Assembly (NCBI RefSeq): GCF_009914755.1 | Contig: NC_060927.1 | Origin: the human T2T-CHM13v2.0 reference genome, Homo sapiens | Length of the DNA: 64,000 bases | Direction: 5' to 3' (one strand) | Part shown: in pieces, positions 54,680 through 64,000 of the stretch | Numbering within the stretch: position 1 is the first letter of the stretch | How the letters are laid out: each line of letters starts with the position of its first letter | Notes under the pieces: model-generated | The model's input: the letters and a program-made list of their open reading frames with translations, nothing else | What the model was told of the DNA's origin: nothing | The model's database searches: none | Made by a program: the position numbers and the translations under genes

Positions 54680-55035
54680 GACACAGCCATAAAAAGAATG
54701 AAATCATGTTCTTTGCAGCAGCATGGATGCAGCTGGAGGCCATTATCCTAAGTGAATTAATGTAGGAACAGAAAACGAAATACCGCATGTTCTCTTATAA
54801 GTGAGAGCTAAACATTGGGTACTCACGGACATAAAGATGGCAACAATAGACACTGGGGAAGAGGGGGAATGGAGGGAGGGGGCAAGGGCTGAAAAACTAC
54901 CTATTGGGTACTATGCTCACTACCTATTGGGTACTGTGCTCACTACCTATTGGGTACTGTGCTCACTACCTATTGGGTACTTTGGTGACAGCATCATACA
55001 ATATACCAATGTAACAAGCCTGAACATGTATCCCT
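54680..55035 (+). mobile_element. L1PB/L1MA-type 3' end
   Basis: gaaatcatgttctttgcagcagcatggatgcagctggaggcc...ctaaaataaaagttg. Confidence 0.88.
54897..54981. repeat. 23-bp minisatellite, 3.7 copies
   Basis: Unit ctacctattgggtact(a/g)tgctca. Confidence 0.95.
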
Positions 55036-55409
55036 TAAATCTAAAATAAAAGTTGAAATTACTTTTTAACAAAAGAAAATTCCACATATTTATATTGAAA
55101 CCAAGCCAAGCTGTGGTCTTCTGCAATGTTATAATCACCCTGTAAAGTCAATATACAAAATATATTGTATTAATTTTAACATTTCTAGGCTATTCAGGTT
55201 AAATTTTGTGTTCCAAATCTATCTTTCGTAATATAAGATTCATATTATTCTGATCACTTCTGGCTAAACCTTAAAAAGAATTCCCCTATCAATACAAAGA
55301 ATATTAGTTGGGAAATAATATATATATAATAAATAATAATAATAATATATAACATAATTTAAAAAAATTTTAATGGCAAACAGTTGTATCTAATAAAGAT
55401 TCTGAATCC

Positions 55410-55725
<316 letters not shown>

Positions 55726-56822
55726 CTAAATAACAGATGCCATATACTAAGTATAAATAGGAATAAACTTGTATAATGCTCAAAAAAATTATTTGCTGAA
55801 AGAATCTTATTTCTCAACCTTATTTGAAATAGTAATTCAATGCAGCCTCTACTTAAAATTTGCAGAGAAGGGAACTTGATTTTTGAGGGCAAACTAGGCC
55901 TAACTCAAAATGAATGCTCTACTTTGAAAGATTCCAGAAAAAATCAATTGTGTCTTCCTATTAAAATTAATTTGCAGTGTGAGATAACTTACAGCATTTA
56001 ATTTTGCTTAACCCACATTTTTTGTTGTTGGAAGTTTTCAAAATAGAAGAGGCCTTGCCTTTTAAGATGGCATAGTGGGTGGGGCCATGAGCTAGTGTGA
56101 ATGAGAAACAGTCTGGATGGAGCATAGATTGCTTTTCCAAAGGCAATTCAGGGTATGGCTCCCATCTGGTGCAGGCATTCTACCAGGAAGCATTCCAAGT
56201 CCCTTTGCTTGTAGCTTCTACTGGGTTTCTCACAAATGCAAGAAAACACTTTTGAGCCACTAGGAGCTAGATTACACTAATGTCTGTTGTGAAAGTAAAT
56301 TTTAACAGCAGCTGTTACGGTGATTATGATAAGACTAAACTAATAATAGAGTATATGCTAACAGATCAGTTTACAAAAAGACAGCCAAGACTGTTGGGCA
56401 AGAGGCTGGGAGAGGGCATAAAAGGTGAAAGCTTTGTGTACACGGTGAAAAGTCACCAGGAAATGAGACAGGGTCGATAATAGAATGACCGTAAGCTTGG
56501 CTTTCCACCTAAAGGGGTTCCAAACTGACAGCTCTAGCCTGTAGTCAGAATTAACAGACATTTTTAAAGGAGGCATCCAACTTGTAAACTATGCCAGCCT
56601 CTCAAGGCTTCCCACATCTGCCTAGAAGTAAGCTGTGGGGGAGGGGGTGGCTCACAAAGTGAAGCTAAGCTTCCTCCCTTCTCTCTCATCCAACGGGGCT
56701 GACTCAGGAGCATTAAACAAAAAGCTAGGAAGGGATTTGTATGGGTGTGTACCAGGTGTGAGCAGATGAAGCCTAAGAATCAGTGTGTGTGATTACTCAA
56801 TGTTTTTAAAGAACAGAATCTC

Positions 56823-56925
56823 TGCCTGTTTGAAGATAGTGAGTTATCTCAAATGATTGCTCAGTTACAGGTTGAACTCCTTGTTCCACTCTTTCCTGAC
56901 TTCTTAATACTGCACTTGACCAGTC
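56823..56925 (+). pseudogene. Y1 RNA (RNY1) retropseudogene
   Basis: tagtgagttatctcaa.tgattg...cagttacag..gaactccttgttc.actctttcc...actgcacttgac.agtc matches hY1. CAAA-rich tail; TSD cagaatctc at 56814-22 and 56946-54. Confidence 0.9.
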
Positions 56926-57046
56926 AACAAACAACAAACAAACACCAGAATCTCGGTTCCGTTGTTTGTCCTGAATCTACTTTCCTGTGGGTTCTTATTT
57001 CTTACTTATTATACAGAATATTTTGGCATTGCAAAAATGGGGCCCT

Positions 57047-57195
57047 CAGCCCAGCACAGTTGCTCTCACCTGTAATCCTAGCACTTTGGGAGGCCAAGGA
57101 GGGAGGATCAGGAGTTCAAGGTTGCACTGAGCTATGGTGATACCACTGGACTCCAGCCTGTGTGACACAGTGAGATCCTATCTCTAAAAGAAAAA
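57047..57195 (+). mobile_element. Alu monomer
   Basis: TSD aaaaatgggg. Confidence 0.85.
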
Positions 57196-57689
57196 TGGGG
57201 TCCTTCTTATATAAAAATACTGCTTACTTTTAAAAATTGACGCCCTCATCAAAATGTGTTAAAATGTGTCCTGGTTGTCTCCCATCTATTCCTTTTGCTT
57301 TTTCCTCAACCCCAGTGGCTTTAGCTCTTCCACCTTTAGACTCCAAGTTCATTGTACCTTTCTTTGTCAAATCAAAAAGAAATCAGAGATCACTGTCTGC
57401 ACTTTAAACAAAATCCACTTATATAAATATAATAACTCACCCAGGCATCTGCAATTTAAAGACTCTTCTTGCAGAATGAGTAGTTCTATTTCCTATTAAA
57501 TAAATGTTTCTGCTGCAGCAGCCAGATAGGAAAGTGATGAGGATGGGGGATAGCTGTGGAAGGAAAGCAAGAGACTTTCTTACTATAAATCATAAATGTT
57601 AAAGACTGGCCCCAAAGCTAAGCCAACCAACCACCAATTCATCCATTCAGCGAACATTTGCCATACATTAACCAAGAGGTAGGGCATTC

Positions 57690-57845
57690 ACTATCATTTA
57701 CATGATTTCATGTACTTCTCACAAGAATCTAATGGAATAGCTACTATTATTATCCCCATTTTACAGAAAAGGAAATTAAGGCACAGAGAGTTAAATTAAA
57801 ACAGACAACTACTAAGTGGTGGAACAGGGACATGCAAGAAGTCAG
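57690..57845 (-). mobile_element. MIR fragment
   Basis: attattatccccattttacagaaaaggaaattaaggcacagagagttaa. Confidence 0.75.
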
Positions 57846-57849
57846 ACCC

Positions 57850-59080
<1,231 letters not shown>

Positions 59081-59248
59081 ACCCCACATCTCTTCCTCTA
59101 ACCACCGCACTTGGCAGTTCCTATTAATTTTGCTTTCTTTCCTTTCCCTTCCCAACACTGATATCTCTCCCTCTCATCCCTCTGCTCAAAATATTCAAGA
59201 CCCCTGTTCCTAAAATCCATTCTCATTATATACTGTCATCTCTCCTAG

Positions 59249-59552
<304 letters not shown>

Positions 59553-59635
59553 TCTCCTAGACACTATTACTATAGACTAGCTGTTTTTTTTCTCTATACC
59601 CCTTTAAATCCCCCCATCCAACTACCAGCTGGTCA

Positions 59636-60261
59636 TGTCAGAGGTGTTTGAACCAGAGCAACTCCATTTTGAATAGGGGCTGGGTAAAATAAGGCTGAGA
59701 CCTATAATCCCAGGAGCTTAGACATTCTTAGTCACAGGATGAGATAGGAGGTCAGCACAAGATACAGGTCATAAAGACTTTGCTGATAAAACAGGATGCA
59801 GTAAAGAAGCTGGCATCCCAAAACCCACCAAAAACAACATGGCAATGAAAGTGACCTCTGGTTGTTCTCACTGCTCATTATACACTAATTAGAAAACATT
59901 AGCATGCTAAAAGACACTCCTACCAGTGCTATGACAGTTTACAAATGCCATTGCAACATCCGGAAGTTACCCTATATGGTCTAAAGAGGGAAGGACCCCT
60001 CAGTTCCAGGAAATCCCTGCCCATTTCCCAGAAAACTTATGAATAATCCACCCCTCACTTAACATATAGTCAAGAAATAACTATAAGTATACTCAGTTGA
60101 GCAGCCCATGCCACTGCTCTGCCTATGGAGCAGCCATTACTTTATTCCTTTACTTTCCTAATAAACTTGCTTTTACTGTATAGACTCACCCCAAATTCTT
60201 TCTTGTGCGAGGTCCAAAAACGCCCTCTTGGGGTCTGGATCAGGAGCCCTTTTTAGTAACA
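59636..60261 (+). mobile_element. MER41 5' LTR of a provirus
   Basis: tgtcagaggtgtttgaaccagagcaactccat...aataaacttgct...gtaaca. Confidence 0.9.
60004..60033. promoter_or_regulatory. Tandem GAS (STAT) motifs in MER41
   Basis: TTCCAGGAA at 60004-12 and TTCCCAGAA at 60025-33; ETS motif CCGGAAGT at 59960-67. Confidence 0.6.
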
Positions 60262-60267
60262 TCTTGT

Positions 60268-60285
60268 TGGCAACCATGAAGGGAC
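60268..60285 (+). other. Retroviral primer-binding site (tRNA-Arg-like)
   Basis: TGGCAACCATGAAGGGAC just downstream of the LTR; two CpG-type changes from TGGCGACCACGAAGGGAC. Confidence 0.75.
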
Positions 60286-61593
60286 TATACTGGGGAGACT
60301 CCTGACCCCAAGGACATAGATTGCAGCACCAATTGGCCAACTTTGGGTAAGTGGTAGGATACATTTTACCCAGGTAAAGGATAGGATTGGGTTAGAGGCC
60401 CAACTTAGGAGAGTCTCTCTAAAGACAGAGAGGGTTAAAGGCTCCTCTTAATAAAAGGCAAGGATGCTTGATTAAACTTGGGTTTGAGGCAAGACCCAAA
60501 TTAGGAAGATTAGAATCCTTCCTAAGATTTAGGGGGTTAGAGGCCCCTCTCAGTAAAGTCCCCCTTGCTTAAAAATGGATTTGGCACTATGAGTTCTTAA
60601 CCACTATTCTCTTTGGATTAATCTGCCTTGTACTCTCTGCTGATGGCTATGAGTGACAGGATTAGGCATGTACAAGATTATGGGACATGGAGAACTTTTC
60701 TTTTCCCCAAATGGGAAAACTTGAGAGCTGATGGGACTACTGGAAAAGATCCCTTGGTGATCAGCAAGCAGCTGCCTGAAGTTTTGATTCAGTGTTAGTG
60801 CAATGGGTAGGTCTTTCTCTGGCCTCCCCGAGCTCCTTGCCTTCCCCACCTCGCTGCAGTCAACACTTTTCTCCCTTCCCTTTCCTCTCTTTCTATGAAA
60901 ACTTGTTATAGGAATGGTAAAAATCACTGTGTTCTCTGCAAAGTTTTGATTAATGGGAAAAAGGATTTGTGAGGCTAGTCTTAAGCTGTAGTGAATCTGG
61001 TGTAACAGCAGCAAAAACTGGATGAAGTTTCCCTCTTGTCCCAAGGTCCTTAGGAGCTTGACCTTGTAACCATGGGCAGTACTTTCTCTTGATCTTCGCC
61101 ATCTGGAGGACAGGAATTTTGGAGTTTATGTCATAGCTCTAAAACATATCTTGAGCAGTTAAAAGCCATTGCAAGCTCAAAATTGACTGCTCTAGGCTCC
61201 TTCTGAGAAGAGCAATAGAGACTGCCCAGTGCTGTAGCTTAGTAGCTAAGGCTTTCTTTTCACAACGGTGGCATGAATTCAGGGTTCAATTTCTGGCTTT
61301 GGGAATGAGTCCTTTCTGGTTTGATATCTGTGTGATCTTTGCCATTTGTTGATTCTCTTCTCCTCCATGAACAACTTCTAACTTCCCTTCTTGAATCTTC
61401 CTTTCTCTGAGCTACCTTTGGTGTTTCTAAATCTTGAAAAAACTTCTAACCACATCTTTGAAAATACCTCATACACTCATGGTTAAGTCATAACCTTAGT
61501 TAAGGCTTATTGGTTTCACCTGGGAGATTACTTTTGGTAAAGTTCAAAGGCCAGAAATATTGGCTGTTTGGCCTGGCTAAAGTCAGGTAATAA

Positions 61594-61784
<191 letters not shown>

Positions 61785-62989
61785 TAGTAGAGATGGGGTT
61801 TCTCCATGTTGGTCAGCTGGGCTCGAACTCCCAACCTCAGGTGATCCGCCCACCTCGGCCTCCCAAAGTGCTGGGATGACAAGTGTGAGCCACCATGCCC
61901 AGCCACAAAAGGATTTTTTTTAAAAGCTCACTGGCTAAAAGTCAGCTTAATTAAAAGTGGATATCCAAGCTATACATATATTTAGAAGGCCTTTATGTTT
62001 TTTCTCTTCTTGGCTCTTGTTTTTCTGGAAAAGAGGCTTTATTTTCTTCTCAGTTGACTGAATGGTTTGTCTCTATTTTGCCTTCTTGCTACTCTTGATG
62101 CACACATGAGAGGACCTAAGATAATTTCTAACAGGCTGGGACTGCTGGGGAAAACAGAGGAGGCACCACAGACTCCATTTTGGGAAAAATCTGTTTTCCT
62201 CATGAAACCCCAGGAATTCAAAATGGATAGATCCCTCTCAAAATCTAAGGATCTGTTCTGTTTTGCATTGTGTTATCTGACTTTTTTCCTTTTGGAGCGT
62301 TATCAGAAATTCTCATTATGAGAAGGCTTTGGTGTGGAATAACTAGGTAGGAAATACACTTTTGGGGATAGCTAATGGCAGTTATCAGGGGATACTCAGC
62401 TCTTTGATGTTTGGATTAGAGAAGCATGCTCTTGGCCACCTGGAAGTTATGGTAAAATGTCCTCACCCCCCACTGAGAGATAAGACTCCTATGGGAAATG
62501 GGCTAGTTCCCTCTCTTTGGAGATCCAGGATCTGGTATAAAAATGAGACCCTTAATTTTTGTGGATCTATTTTCCTTTCCAGCCATGCCTGCTTACTAGG
62601 TCCTAGAAACTGCATGTTTTCCTAGACCTGTTTCTTGAATGGTTCCACCCTGAAGCCAGTAATCCAATTAAGAAACTAAAAAACTGGCAAATGAAAAATC
62701 CTACAACTACTAGATCTTCTTGTCTGTCTGCGTATTTATATGTGGTGTGTGTGTGATGTCTATGTATGAAAGAGATCTAATTAACTGGCTTAAAAATAAT
62801 AAGCACTTAATTCAAATGTTTTGTCAGAAAAATAAAAACTGTAATGCTTTTTAGTTCACATGACTTTAGTAAGCTTTGGGAAATAAAGACAGTTTTCAAG
62901 ATTATTGGTAGGCCGGGTGCAGTGGCTCATGCTTGTAATCTCAGCATTAGGAAGGCTGAGGTAGGTGATCACCTGAGCTCAGGAGTTCA

Positions 62990-63187
<198 letters not shown>

Positions 63188-63324
63188 TCACAAAAAAAAA
63201 AAAAGCAAAATAAAGATTAATAAAATTTAGATATTTGGTTTAAATTAGGTCAGAGATTAGATTTGCTAAATGCTTTAATGTCATAAACTGCTTCTTTGAC
63301 TTTTGAAAATTGGTTGACTTTATT

Positions 63325-63925
63325 GTGGAAGACAGTGTGGTGATTCATCAAGGATCTAGAACCAGAAATACCAGTCGACCCAGCAATCCCATTACTGGGT
63401 ATATACCCAAAAGATTATAAATCATTCTACTATAAAGACATATGCACACATATGCTTATTGCAGCACTATTTACAATAGCAAAGACTTGGAACCAACCCA
63501 AATGCCCATCAAGATAGACTAGATAAAAAAAATGTGCTACATATATACCATGGAATACCATGCAGCCATAAAAAAGGATGAGTTCATGCCCTTTGCAGGG
63601 ACATGGATAAAGCTGGAAACCATCATTCTCAGCAAACTAACACAGGAACAGAAAACCAAACACTGCATGTTCTCACTTACAAGTGGGAGTTGAACAATGA
63701 GATCACATGGATGCAGGGAGGGGAACATCATACATTGGGGCCTGTCAGGAGTGGGGGGCAAGGGGAGGGAGAGAATTAGGACAAATATCTAAAGCATGCG
63801 GGGCTTAAAACCTAGATGATGGGTTGATAGGTGCAGCAAACCACCATGGCACATGTGTACCTACGTAACAAACCTGCACGTTCTGCACATATATCCCAGA
63901 ACTTACAGAACAATCAAAAAAAAAA
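63325..63925 (+). mobile_element. 5'-truncated L1PA 3' end
   Basis: tgtggaagacagtgtggtgattc... through to the A tail; TSD aaaattg(g/a)ttgactt. Confidence 0.93.
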
Positions 63926-64000
63926 TTGATTGACTTACCTGCCTTGGAGCCAGTAGATTCTAGGTAAGGCCTGGGGACATGTGGAGTTACCTATGCCCCC

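Overview
Human/primate genomic DNA, very repeat-rich, with one credible protein-coding gene: an intronless KRAB-C2H2 zinc-finger ORF (46..1944, 632 aa) that I recognise as ZNF860, a retrocopy of the ZNF816-like clade. The rest is non-genic. It holds a full-length but disabled L1PA (21411-27571), about 40 Alus, old L1M/L2/MIR fragments, two MER11 (HML-8) solo LTRs, MaLR LTRs (THE1/MLT1), MER39- and MER50/83-like solo LTRs, two head-to-head MER41 LTRs (one followed by a PBS and internal sequence), a Tigger-type DNA element, an RPL21 processed pseudogene, and retrocopies of SNORA25 and Y1 RNA. The signals most worth follow-up are: (i) two related ~45-nt tailed micro-insertions with target-site duplications (TSDs) at 21050-21110 and 46112-46187, which look like retrocopies of one short hairpin RNA; (ii) four intact STAT GAS sites in the divergent MER41 pair; (iii) recent finger duplication and truncation in the ZNF retrogene. 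Repeat subfamily names come from recall of consensus sequences, not from a search. Repeat boundaries are approximate unless a TSD is quoted.
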